From Monocercomonoides exilis PA203 (lineage: Eukaryota > Protista > Preaxostyla): a DNA stretch of 64,000 bases. Position 1 is the stretch's first letter. Each line of letters opens with the position of its first letter. The translations under genes and the position numbers were made by a program. The notes under the pieces were generated by a model. The model was not told where the DNA came from, made no database searches, and was given only the letters and a program-made list of their open reading frames with translations. The DNA lies in assembly GCA_001643675.2 (NCBI GenBank), contig LSRY02000012.1, forward strand, positions 806,001-870,000, given 5' to 3'. Positions 52,451 to 64,000 of this stretch are shown in pieces.

Positions 52451-55439
52451 CTTCTGCTTCTCAATTGACTCCTTGAACAGCATCTTCTGCTTGCTTGTCG
52501 TCAGCACATGCACTTTTCACACAGCCCCAACGGCAGAATCAAGGAAATCAAAGATGGAACCGCCAGCCATACGCATAAATTAATGAAGAAGATATGGAAA
52601 TTGTAACCCCCCCCCCCAATCCACAAGTTTCCGCTTGCCATCCACGCTCACCACTCCTCTTTGCTGAGCCCAGCACTTCTTCTCCTTCACCTGCTTCACT
52701 TCTTTCACCTCTGTGTTGTGCTTCTCGCTCAGCTCCGGAATCTTCCTCTGATTCATCCCAGATGATCTTATCCTTCTCCTTCAGCTGCTCTGCCAGCCCA
52801 CTCATCCACTTCGCCTCCTTTTCCTTTCCAACTTCTTCTTCTTCTTATCTTTCTTCCGGCAAATTCAGCGCAATCGCTGTAGGCGACAGAACCAGCAGTT
52901 CCATCATTGCGCAGAAGAAGAAAAATAGAAAAGAAAACATCTTCATCAACCGAAGAAGACTTAATATCTTACTGAACGCAGATGATGCAACTATTTGATA
53001 CCCAGAACGATTCCTTGGACAGATCCGATATTTAATTCTCTTCTTGGCAATCATCGAATATGCCAGAGTTAACAACCAAATCGTCCATTCCTTGTTATAG
53101 ACTCGGCAGATTACACACTTCATTTTCATTTCAATATCAACGGAAAACTTTAATGGATCACAGCATCTTCAATTGCAGCAAACTCGCCTATCGTCTCTCT
53201 CTCTGTGTCCGAATTGAAAATAAACATTTTCCCATCAAATGCCAAACGCCAATTCTACACAAGATTTTTCGCTTTTCACTCCTCTCTCTTCAATAAACGA
53301 TCTTCATCTCTCTTCTTCTCCTCCTTTTCTTCTCTTCTCTCTCCTCCCAAACAGCTTCTCCCCAATAAGCGTGATTCTCATCTCCCCGTCCTATTGTATT
53401 ATCCTCTTTACAATTGTCTTCCCCACAAACCCCTCCAACTCTACACGCATCTCCTTCTTCTCTCCAATCACTTTTATCATAATATGATTGTCCCGCTTGC
53501 TTCCAAACGAATAACAAAAACAAGCGTCACACTCCTTGGATGAGCATGTACACTATGCAAAAATTCATCATCCAAAATCTGTCCTTCCTCTTCCTCTTCT
53601 CTGACATCTTCTCTCTCATCTACCAGCTTCTTCCTTTTTTCTCATTCGTAACCTCCTTTGAACTCCATGCCTCAGCCTGTCAACAATCCCCTCTTCTTCA
53701 AGGTGCTCTACACTCAAAAAGGAGAGAATAAAAATTGAGTAATAACAGAAACTGATTAACAAGCAAACAAAAAAGAAGAAGAAAAAGCAAAAGCTTACGC
53801 AGAAGATGGTTATGAATCAGAACGATAGACAAAGACTGATGCAAAATCAAAATCAACAGTTGTTACAAGCTGTGGAGAAGATGGTGAAGGGGAAGAAAGC
53901 CTTTACTCGCTCAGCAGCCAGCACGAATGCAGATGTCCATTCAGAAGCATTCATCTGTTTATTTGACAAGCTAAAGAACAAGGTCGCATCAATCCGGTTT
54001 CACGCATAGCAACATGATGATTGAGCTCGAGCCTGTCGATCAGCACACTTTCATTTACCATAAGATCTACACAGCAACCTTAAATAATTCACTCACTGGA
54101 ATTTTGTCTTGTTGAACTCTTTCTCTCGATTCGCAACTGGCTGCTCCGCTTCACTAGCATCACTAAAGGAGGCACACATGCAAGAAGAAGAAAAGGAGTG
54201 AGAGATGGATGGAGAGTATGCTTGTATGGATCGAGCAGCAGATGACGAAAGAGGAAATAATTTTGAATGTGTTCGTTGATCGAAAGAATTCACACAAACT
54301 GGAAATTGTCTAATTGCAAGCTGCAAGACACATCGCATCAGAAGGATTCAATTTTGCACAGAATGAAATATCTTTCAATCTCAATTAACGTGATCTTTTG
54401 GTCAAACTGCTCTGAAGGTACTTCAAATGCTCTTTTTGAATATCTTCCACAAAAAAATGCCCGACAAAAAGAAGAAATTGAAGAAGCCAAAAGAGAAGAC
54501 AAATACTGCGTATTATTTTTCCAAATGAATAGTTCCCAGAGGGAACAAGCTGTTTGAAGAAATTCAGTCGATTGTCAGACGCTCGTCTTGCATGTTGAAC
54601 ACAGGAAATGTTGCTTCATCGCTAAGAGCTTCTTCTTATTCTCTTTTTCCTTCATTTGAAATGAAATATGTTAAAAGAAGACAACACGTATCAAGATTAT
54701 TGAAATGCTTGCTTAGAGCGATAAGTACTATGAAAGAAAATGAAGGTGATAATAAACAGGAAATGGAAGATGAAAAAAGGATAATTGACGGAATGGAAGG
54801 AAATGCAGAAAAAAATACAATTTATTTCTCAAAGAATAAGCTAAAATCAGAATCGATAAGATTGGAAGAAGAGGAAGAATAAGAAAAAGAAGATTTATGT
54901 GATGAAAATGGCAAAGCTGATGAAAATGTGGATAGATAAATTGAATGATCTATCTCTTCAAATGCACACTCAAAGGCTTTCTCACTCGGAACCTGTTTGT
55001 GTTGTGCTGAAGAAGCAGAAGCAGAAGATGTTGATGAAGCATGACAAGACGTATGCTTTTTCAACATCTTCATCTGTCAATTTATCGCTTTGCGAATTGC
55101 ATCACGCGCTGCCGTCCTCAAGTGGCAGCCAAAATCATATCGCATCTTCCACTTTATTTCAATTCATCTGCAGCCCAAACAGCTCCACCAGATATGCCAG
55201 CATACACTTCATCGGAAACAAAGCCTGCAACACATCTTTTCTTCTCCACCTCCTATTTCTCAAAACCTTCACTCTCAGCATTAATCCAACCTCAATTTAA
55301 CTTGAACGACTTCACCTACGATTCCTTCGAAAATTTCTTTCAGACCGTTTCATCGAGCTCCAACTCTTTGCCTAATCAAATCGCTCTGAAATCAAACTGC
55401 ATCTGAAGCACTTTCCAGTCAGCCACATTGTATTCATCC

Positions 55440-56740
55440 GGTTGGCTCAAGCGCATCGTGTGAAAGTAGTAACGATGACTCACATCCCCAGCACCGAATC
55501 AAATGATGGAAGACGGAACACAGACAACTAGAATACATCTAAAAAGATCCGCAGCTACAGCTATGGCTGCATTGGCAGCTAAAAGTTCAGAAAGAAAAAA
55601 GGTTCCATTTCATCATTCGCATCGCTTCAACAAGCCCCACAAAATGATGATGAGAATGATTCTGTGATGAAATCGATGGATCTCCCCAGCATATCACATC
55701 AGATTCCATCTTCATCGTCTTTTTCCGATAAGCTGCTCCTCCGCTTCAATTATTCAGTTGAAACACTGGAAACATAATTGCATCTGCGTTTCCATCATCG
55801 GATTCGAAATAGTCTCGTGTCTCGGATCTTATACAGAAGCATGAAGAACTCTGCATGCCTCTTCTCCATCTACATCTTGGTCTCTTTTTGCTTATTTTAT
55901 TCTTCAACACCTCTCTCTTTCCATCTTCTTCTCCCTTTTCTTCTCCCTCTTTGTCCCCCTTTCTCCTTCCTCGCCTCTTCGTGCTCCTCCAGCACCGCTA
56001 GCTCAATCGCTGCAGGTGACAGAACACATCTTCCATTCTCATCCTCCTTCTTCCTCCAATTCCTTCTCCGCAATATCTCCAAATTTGCACATTTAATGCT
56101 TTGTTTGAAAACTTCATCTCCAAACGCCTCAACTGCGTCGATCGCGACACCTGACGCGCTATCGCCGACGGAAGCAGCGACGGGTCAAACAGATTGTAGA
56201 TCGACGGAAACTCATTCAAATCCTCCTTCGCAAAGATCCGCTTGCTCCCCGACTTCGTGCCCACCAATTCTGCAGGCGATGGAAGTTGCGCTATCAGCGG
56301 AACCGAAAGCATCTCCAAAAGCGCGACATCGTACGCACACACAACACCCCCACGCAACACCGCGTGACACATAAAAGCATATCCCTCAAGGAGTCTGATG
56401 CTCTCTCAGCAACGACTTCTTGTGATTTTCATACACCCCAGCTGCCGACGTGTATGATGCCGCCACCTCCGATGCATCCGAAGGGTCAATCAAATGTGCT
56501 GATGACGAAGATGATGGCTGGTCATCTCTTGCCGCTTTTTTCTCTGTGCTTCTCCTCCTCCGGAATTGCGAAGTTGATCGGAGTGCTGATCCAATTTATG
56601 AAATTGAAGAAGACGAAGGCGCTGAGCGAAGAGACGACTGCTTAACTGGCTGCGCAACAAGAAGTTTGATGAGACATTTTCTATAATGAAAGCCAGAAGT
56701 TCCACCCGAAGAGCTGATAGCATTCACATTTGCATCAGAA
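55440..56740 (-). pseudogene. IQCH-like (ATP-grasp-related) gene fragment
   Basis: GGVVCAYDVALLEMLSVPLIAQLPSPAELVGTKSGSKRIFAKEDL matches, from recall, the IQCH-family DxxLxxxLxxP...TKSGSKRIF motif; disrupted. Confidence 0.5.
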
Positions 56741-57488
56741 TTGTCGACCAGCAGAAAAAACCTACTTATTTTATGCTATTTGAAAAGATAGTGGCAAGAT
56801 ATTTTTATATAATGTGTCAATATTAAATGGAAGGGAGAAGGAAAAGGCACATTCTGAAATGAAAGAAACTTGTTTGATACAAACTGTTTGAATTTAAATA
56901 TCAGAAGAGATTGCATTTTTGAGTATTTAATAAATGGAGATTTATTTTGAAAATTCACATATCTCACTTCAATTTTTCACAATAACATAAATTATTGCTC
57001 TATATTAACAGCTTTTTAAATATCTTATAATAGCAATGAGTACAGTATCGATGAAATTTTCTTATTTAATAATTTCTCATAAAAATTCAAAAATAAATGC
57101 AAGTTAAAATTTATTTATCTTTCAATATAGGAAAATACTGAAAAAGAAGTCTCCATTTAAAAAAATTTAAACGTTTGTATGAACAGTTGAAATGAAAACA
57201 AAGAAATATGAACAAATTATTAAGTTGCTCCAAAAAACAAGAAAATTAATATTAAATTACATTAATAAGATTCAACAGTGAAAATAATATATGAAATTTG
57301 TTTTATTGAAACGCAATATTTAGGGATAGGTGACAAAACTCAATAGAATAATTTTTGACAATATATGATGGTAACGGAATGATCAACATTTTCTGATCAT
57401 TTGTGATCTGATTTTCAGATCAATTAATATTTTGTGACTTTTCATAAAAAAATACCCATATCATTTATTTTCATCTGAAATAAGACAA

Positions 57489-58698
57489 ATGTTAAATTAT
57501 AACTCAGAATTTTATTGTTGCAATCACTTCAGCACAGGAAAATCGAGAAGAGTGTATTTGGAGATGAAAGAAATGAGATTTCATTATTTCATGTTTGTGG
57601 AAATGCAGTTTAATACAAATAATGCAAAAATTGGAAAAGATATTTTTATCGAAAGCATCAACATCATATCACAGATCAACGAAAGCAAATTTTGGTTCGA
57701 TCTTCTTGAAGGACTTTCCAATCGCAGTTGTGTTAAAAATAGAAGAGATGAGAATGATTAAAAAAATGAAACATATCTTATTAAAGTTCGATCCATTAAA
57801 GTGATACGATTGTTGTGTCGAGTGAGAATGGGTCGAATGAGCGTCAGTGTGGTACGCGCACTCTTCCGAGCAATTCGAAAGATTATGGGTTGATGCACAT
57901 GACTTCTGAGTTCATGAGCATCATATTTGCATTTTAAGCAAGTGTGATAAACGGAGAATTGCAGCTGGAAGAGACGAGTCCGAGTTCGATAGGTCGAGGA
58001 TTGTCCAATGTGGAAGTGTGCTATGCAATCAATTGTTCCTGATAGTCTCTGATAAAAATAACAAGCTCTGTGTCAATTTCAAGACTGAAATTTGTGTTTG
58101 AATCTGGATTTGTTTCATCGCATACTATTTTTCTTTTCTCTGAAGGAGGATTGCTGGAAGTGACAACTACACATTCTGCACCAAAGTCACGGTGGGAATG
58201 GGAGAACATGTGCAATCGAGTATTCCATTCAGCATTGTGCGAGTTGAAAGAGTTGAATGCTTGTTTGATGGCTGTGTGGTATCAGATCTTTCACTCTTAA
58301 ATTCAGCTTACTGCATGCTTCAATCTGAAATCCTATCATTGATTTCGTATAACTTTTTTGATCTCACGATGGGAACAAACCTTTTTGATGCAGTCGAAGG
58401 AGAGCAGTTGCAACAGAAATAATGAGTGCAGCAAACATTGCATCGTCTGAAAATAGGGCATCGTTTATATCATGTTTGAAAAAAAAAGAAGAAACAGCTG
58501 ACAAATTGTTCATTGAGAAATGAACATATCACAATCAGAGAGGGAAAGGGAAAATTCATTTATGTGATGGAGAGTTCAAGTTCAGTGATTGAGAGCTGCC
58601 TTTTTGATGGCAGCACGAATGAAAGAGAGTCTGAAAAGGAAAGAAATTGGAATAGGTGCATTTGTGCTTCTTTTGCAAAATGCGTTATAAGAATTTAA
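57489..58698 (+). pseudogene. Beta-helix/adhesin-like surface protein fragment
   Basis: FNTNNAKIGKDIFIES...FWFDL; VSSENGSNERQCGTRTLP; ISRLKFVFESGF; IESCLFDGS. Confidence 0.6.
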
Positions 58699-59313
58699 CT
58701 TTAATATGACTAAATTCTTAATTATAAATTAAAACTTTTGGGTGGACGAATTTTTCGTAATTGTTTTTTCTTGTTGTCAAAAATCAATTTTGAAAAATCA
58801 CCCATAAATATGAATATAATTGATGGATTGCGATGAACAAAAACAATTTCCTGTTTATAAATAGATGTGATGCTTTTAATAGTTATATTAACCTTTTGTG
58901 TCAAAGAATATCTGAGAAATAATAAATTTGAAAAAATAAAAATTTCATTTTTCGGGGAGAAAAACCTATCTTCAACACCTCTTTATTTATGGAGTGAGCT
59001 CCTTTATTAAGGGCTCAGTCGATCACAAAAGTGATGTGAAAATGGATGAAGTGCAAAAGACTCGAAAAAAACGTGAAAAGGTTTTTTGGGCTGACATCCA
59101 TTGGTCAGTGTCAAGGTGTTGCAAAAGAATTATGGCATGATTTCTGTATGGTAAAAGAAAATTGTTCAATAGAGGAAGTCAATGAACTGCGTTGAATTAA
59201 CCTCTGGCTTGTTGCGTTGTTGTGTAACTGGCTGAAAGTCTCTGATTATACCAAATAAATCAAAGAACTGATAATGGAGTGGGATGAACTAAGCTCTGGT
59301 GGGGAAAAAAGAT

Positions 59314-59405
59314 GTGTTGCAGATAGGTTTTTCTCCCTGAATAAAAGTGCGCAGCACATTAATTCTTAAAAAACCGCAATCTACAACACCTCTTTATTTA
59401 TGGAG
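59314..59405. repeat. DIRS internal complementary region (ICR)
   Basis: gtgttgcagataggtttttctccctgaa pairs with 58951-58978; aaagtgcgcagcacattaattcttaa...ttatggag pairs with 63486-63549. Confidence 0.9.
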
Positions 59406-59450
59406 AGTTCTTAATTGGGCAACCACTTGTATTCTTCTGAAATTGCAATA

Positions 59451-60760
59451 TCAAATGAATTCAAAGATGAAGTTTGTCTGTTCTCTTTTCCCTGCTCTTT
59501 GTTTTCCTTCAGTAACCTCTTCCCCTTCTGGTTCCTCCACTTTTGAGGGGGAGGAGCGTCGCTGCTTGACTGTCTCGCCTGACGAATGTGTTTGAATGGC
59601 CACAATTGCATCTATTGGAGAAGCCGAGGCTTCAGCTGGAATATCTGAAGACTGTTCAAATCGCCTTCCGAAAATGATGGAAGTTGTTTGTTGTATTGTT
59701 CCAATTAAAATTTTCTCTGATTGCAGTCGTTGGACCTTCTCCTTCCTAAAGCCTTCGTCTGAAAGTTGAAATCCAGAGCTCTGAGAGAGAAGCATATGAG
59801 CCATTTGACTTGCCAGGTTAGTCTTGAAGAAGGATCTTAACGGTTTGTGTGATGTTGTGGACAATCGTGCAAATCTTGCAACGCAGGCCTCAGGAATTCC
59901 TTCTGTTGACAATTTCGAAATAGTTGCATGTTTAATGGTGTACGGGAGAAATTCTTCTGGAACTCCTGCCCTCCCCATACCAACCTTTGCCAGTTTGCGA
60001 ACCCCACTGGGAGTCAAAGGAGTGCGAGTTGTCTAGTTGAACAGAAATGTGTCTCTATTTTCGGAAGTTGTTCTCACCCGATCCCACAAACAACGAATCG
60101 CTCTGGCAGGACAAATGCGGCTGTGTTCTTCCTGTAAGAAAGGAATTGTGATGAATTCTCTTGAGTAGGATGTCTTCAGTCTCGTTGAAAGATGAATTGC
60201 TTCTGTTTCCCAAATGGATTCAGACATGGATATTTGCGCGAGCTCACAGAATCGACATGCTGAGAACAACATAATTAACAGCATGCATTTATCCGTGAGA
60301 TCCAAAAACGGGAGTTGTTCATTATTCAGTTCTCGAGAGTAAAAGCTCTTGATAATGTCTGGACTCCACATGCTAGTGTACGGTTACCTATGAAATTGAG
60401 AGAACGAAAAGAATCTAAATATTGTGTGGATAAGCGGGATATCGCTTATCTCCCTGCTGTATCCTGTGCGAGAGAATAATGAGATCGCTGATCGCGTAGC
60501 GCATAAGGAAGAATATGGAGTCCCGTAATCCTTCAAGGATAGAAAACAGACTGCGCATTTCTTTATTTACTCATCGAAACATCCTGGTATTTCACCCAAT
60601 TGATTAGACTTCCACTCGATGTGGAAACGAGCAAAACAGTTAATGTATTGATTCCACGTAACCTTGGATATGCTTCTCTCAGTAATCTTTCTGATCTTGT
60701 CAGGGACCCCGCAGGCTTGAAGTCCTTCCTTCCACCATCTCTCACCGACCAGTACTTCCA
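59451..60760 (-). pseudogene. DIRS tyrosine recombinase
   Basis: SISKVTWNQYINCFARF; LFSACRFCELAQI; LKTS; ICPARAI; YTIKHATISKL...VARFARLS; interrupted by stops and frameshifts. Confidence 0.88.
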
Positions 60761-62660
60761 TCCTATCCTTGCAGCCATATACTCCCCCCAAAAGAGGTGC
60801 GGCTCCTTTCTTCAACATTCCATGCTCCGGGGAAAAAACATCTCGAGAGCATTTCCAGATGTGGGAACGAGTCATCAGTTTCGATAGAAGGTTGCTCCAA
60901 ATCTGATTCTTCCAAGCCGGAAGAAGAAAGATAGCTTTCGCTTTTTCCGATTTTGCTTTCCGAAGACATGGAAGGATCAGTGGAATCGGGGGATGGATGA
61001 GAAGAATTCCTTTTCCCCAATATGGATGAAGACCGTCCTGTGCCATGCTGCTTCCGGGCCCAGACCAAGTCTCCTTCTTTTTGTTTGCAGCGTTTGCGAA
61101 AGCGTCTATCTCTGTATGAGCTCCAAGAAGAGTCTCTGCTTGTTGAAGATGATGAGTCAGGATCGAGAAATCTCCTGCGATTGCCAACCTTGACAATGCG
61201 TCTGCTTTCGTATTCTTCTCTCCTGGGATGTGTGCCACTGTGACTATGAGGTTCATTGATTGGCACAATGATCGTATTTTTCTGAGGAGTGGAAGGAGAT
61301 TCCGGCAAGCATTCTTTCTGTTTACGTTGAAGACTGCACACGTGTTGTCCGATCTGAGAAGCAATTTGCTCATGTGATTTCTCAGAATCAATAAGGAAAA
61401 TCTGTTGAGTTCCAATAAAACAGCCAGGAGTTCCTTGAAGTTTGAGGTTTGGAGTTGATATTTCTTGGAAAATTGACTGGAAAAGTGATATATTTCTCAT
61501 CCAACTGATAGTGTAGCATCGCAAGAGTGCGGCGAAGCATCTGTCGCAAGGACAGCGTCTGGAGGAGAGAATCCCATCAGGGGTCTGGAAAATAGTGCAC
61601 TCAGCCTTTTTCTCCAAACCTCCAGTTCCCTCTTTATACTGTAATTCAGTCGAAAGGAACCGTCCCATCCACCTTTTCGAACTTGCCTGTTGAGGATATA
61701 GTAATATTCGTCCATATGCATTGAGGCGTCCTTGTTTACAAAGCGAATTGCGCTTGGCTACCCTATGAACGAGGCCAGATCTCTTGTCATGATAATCTTT
61801 AACCTACTCAATCTCTTCATCCATTTAAAACAATCCTTCTTCAGCTCCCTGCGTCTTTGTTGTTCCGATGATTCAGTCATTTTGCTTGTGTCCCATGTCC
61901 ATTCGAGGTGGTTGAAAATCTTCTAGGGAGCTACCTCGCTTTTCTCCCTATTGATGATCAGCCCGAGCTGTTGAAGCCACTCGACTATTTCTTGAGTTGC
62001 TTGCATGAGTGTTTCCTTGTTCTCGTGAAGAAATAGGATATCGTCTAGGAATGACACTCATATTTTGTTCCACATACTTCGGATTTCCTTCGTAACATTT
62101 ATCATTAACTTTGTTAAAATTCGCTGTGCATCTTTTAGCGCAAATAGCATAACTTTGAATCCATTGTTTATTTCTCGAATGTGAAGGGCAAATAGAGTGT
62201 GAATATCTTGTGAATTGGGATTTGGAAGTACGCCTGCGATAAGTCGAGGGAAGTGGCGTAGTCGTCTTTGAGGAGCAGTTTTTCCGCTATTCGCTAATCT
62301 TCCATTTTGAAGTGAATATCTTTCAGGGCTGCATTCAGGGTCCGGCAGTATAGTATTTGTCTGTAGCTTCCGTTCTTTTTTTCTTAAAAGAACACGTTGC
62401 TTAAGCAGCGGACCCCCTCTCTTCTGAACACTTGTAAAAATGTCTGTTTTTAAGCCTTCCACAATCCATTCCGCACATGCCCTCCTCTCTTTCGGACCAC
62501 CTATAAAGCCTTTGCCCATGTCTTTCTCTCGTATCTGCCTGTCTCTCGCTTTCTTCCCCTTCCAGACCGGGAGAACTCCATTCACCACCCAATTGGAGAC
62601 GCCGATCTTCTTCCACTCTTTGGCAAAGGCTTGTGTCCTGCCCCCTATTTTCTCCGAAAA
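60700..62660 (-). pseudogene. DIRS RT / RNase H / adenine-methyltransferase-like polyprotein
   Basis: GVLPVW, FALKDA, SFLDDILF, LATDAS, LLRSDNT, HIPGEKNTKADALSR, IDAFANAANKK...W...IHPPIPLI...PAWKNQIW. Confidence 0.9.
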
Positions 62661-63442
62661 AAATGTTTGCGCTGCTCTTCATATCCTGCTTTCTTTGTGC
62701 TGAAATTTTGTGCTCTTTGTCTCCTGGGCCGTTGCGCCAATCTCCCTTGACGTGCTGATTGGAGTTTTGACGAGTTGGCTTGTAATATTGGCTTTAGACG
62801 TTCAAGCTGTTCCGGTGTGAGTAGAGGATCAACGGTATCTTCCTTTAGTGATCTCTCTTCAGCGAATCCGAACTTTGCCTGTTTGCGCATATGCCTTGCT
62901 GCCTGAAGTGCTGCAGTGATGAACATTATTGAGTCTTCCAAATGTTCGGAGGTTTCGCCTACTGCGTTGCGAGCTGCCAACAGTGTGGCTTTAAGTGCGG
63001 GGATCAAGAACATTTCGACGAAATAAGCTTTTTCATCAAGGGCATCAGACATCCAACTGCGCGAGCGTGAATGTGGGTGTGGAGAAGATGGAATGAAAGG
63101 TGAGGCTGAAATTGGCTCGTATTCCCTCATTGTTTGCTCCAGATCTCCTTGGTTCAAATGGTTGTTAAAAACTGAGGATAAGCATCTATCCCCGAAGATT
63201 TCTGTAATAGCCTGTTGAAGCGGCTGAGTGGCTCCTTCTGACTGGACAGCATCCATAGCATTCGATGCTGAAGAGGTGGATGAGTACGAAGAAGAGGTCG
63301 ATGCAAACGTTGTGGAGTGTATCTCCCCGGTACTCATCGTTGGTGCGGAGATTAGGTATTCCATACCCATGCCGCCTGTTGTTCCGCTTTGCTGAAGCAT
63401 TCCGCTCAGTCCCGACGCAGGTCCTTCCAACCAAGTTGACAT
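62645..63442 (-). CDS. DIRS gag-like ORF1
   Basis: 265-aa ORF starting 13 bp after the ITR core, with a basic C-terminus overlapping the RT start. Confidence 0.7.
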   Translation of the reverse strand: MSTWLEGPASGLSGMLQQSGTTGGMGMEYLISAPTMSTGEIHSTTFASTSSSYSSTSSASNAMDAVQSEGATQPLQQAITEIFGDRCLSSVFNNHLNQGDLEQTMREYEPISASPFIPSSPHPHSRSRSWMSDALDEKAYFVEMFLIPALKATLLAARNAVGETSEHLEDSIMFITAALQAARHMRKQAKFGFAEERSLKEDTVDPLLTPEQLERLKPILQANSSKLQSARQGRLAQRPRRQRAQNFSTKKAGYEEQRKHFFRRK

Positions 63443-64000
63443 TTTCTAATTTTTTGATCGACTGAGCCCTTAATAAAGGAGCTCACTCCATAAATAAAGA
63501 GGTGTTGTTGATTGAGGTTTTTCTTAAGAATTAATGTGCTGCGCACTTTGATAAAAATTTTGAACAATCTCACAATTAAATTATAAATAGCCAAAGATTA
63601 AGAATAAGCTTTTTTTCAAGATTCAGAGGGCTTACACTTGCAAATGTTTAACAAAATAAATATATAAACATTATGTAATGGTGTGCACTGATTGCTCACA
63701 TTTATAAATTTTTATATATCAATAATTCAACTTGTTGATATTCAAAAGCAGTCTGTTTTTATTTCAATTTAATTCTAATTAAATTGTTTGTTAGTCGCTT
63801 TAATGTTTTTGATAATGACGTATATTATGTTCAGTTATTCAATTTTTGATTTTATAAAGTTTATTCGATTGTTTTTTTATTAATGTTCATCATTTCTGAA
63901 TTTGTTCATTTCTTTTTTCATTGAGAAACAACATAATTATTGTTGACACGCAAAAAAATTCATTTATGAAACATGAAAAGCATTGCATATGTTCATAAGC

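Larger units (their letters stand above)
42801..57457 (+). mobile_element. Giant Sola2-like DNA transposon (14,657 bp) with cargo
   Basis: 89-bp TIRs (42801-42889, 57369-57457; 87/89 identical), GGG...CCC termini, ATAT on both flanks. The transposase gene starts ~115 bp from the left end. Confidence 0.85.
58949..63549 (-). mobile_element. DIRS1-like tyrosine-recombinase retrotransposon, full length, degenerate ORFs
   Basis: Perfect 53-bp ITR core (58973-59025 vs 63455-63507), non-matching outer extensions, and ICR 59314-59405 complementary to both termini; gene order gag-RT-RH-MT-YR. Confidence 0.93.

Overview
AT-rich eukaryotic DNA with short GT-AG introns and microsatellites. It is most likely from an oxymonad related to Monocercomonoides; this is inferred from the Cys/Gly-rich beta-helix-like surface-protein fragments and the transposon repertoire. 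The window is a nested transposon graveyard with no clearly intact host gene. Structurally complete elements: (i) a 14.66-kb Sola2-like DNA transposon (42801-57457; 89-bp TIRs, ATAT TSD) with an open DDD transposase core and about 11.8 kb of degenerate host-gene-like cargo; (ii) a 3.74-kb non-autonomous Merlin-type element (37849-41589; ~400-bp TIRs, 8-bp TSD) carrying a host surface-protein fragment and inserted into a DIRS RT; (iii) a 1.48-kb Merlin/ISXO2-like element inside a pogo-type MITE that itself splits an older Merlin; (iv) a full-length but frameshifted DIRS1-like tyrosine-recombinase retroelement with ITRs and ICR (~58949-63549). Relics include three more Sola copies (one running in frame into a USP-type deubiquitinase domain), four more Merlin transposases, two pogo/DDE_1, one hAT, one Harbinger/ISL2EU-like, an orphan Crypton-like tyrosine recombinase, and several MITE families. 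All assignments come from manual reading and motif recognition; no database searches were run, and pseudogene boundaries are approximate.
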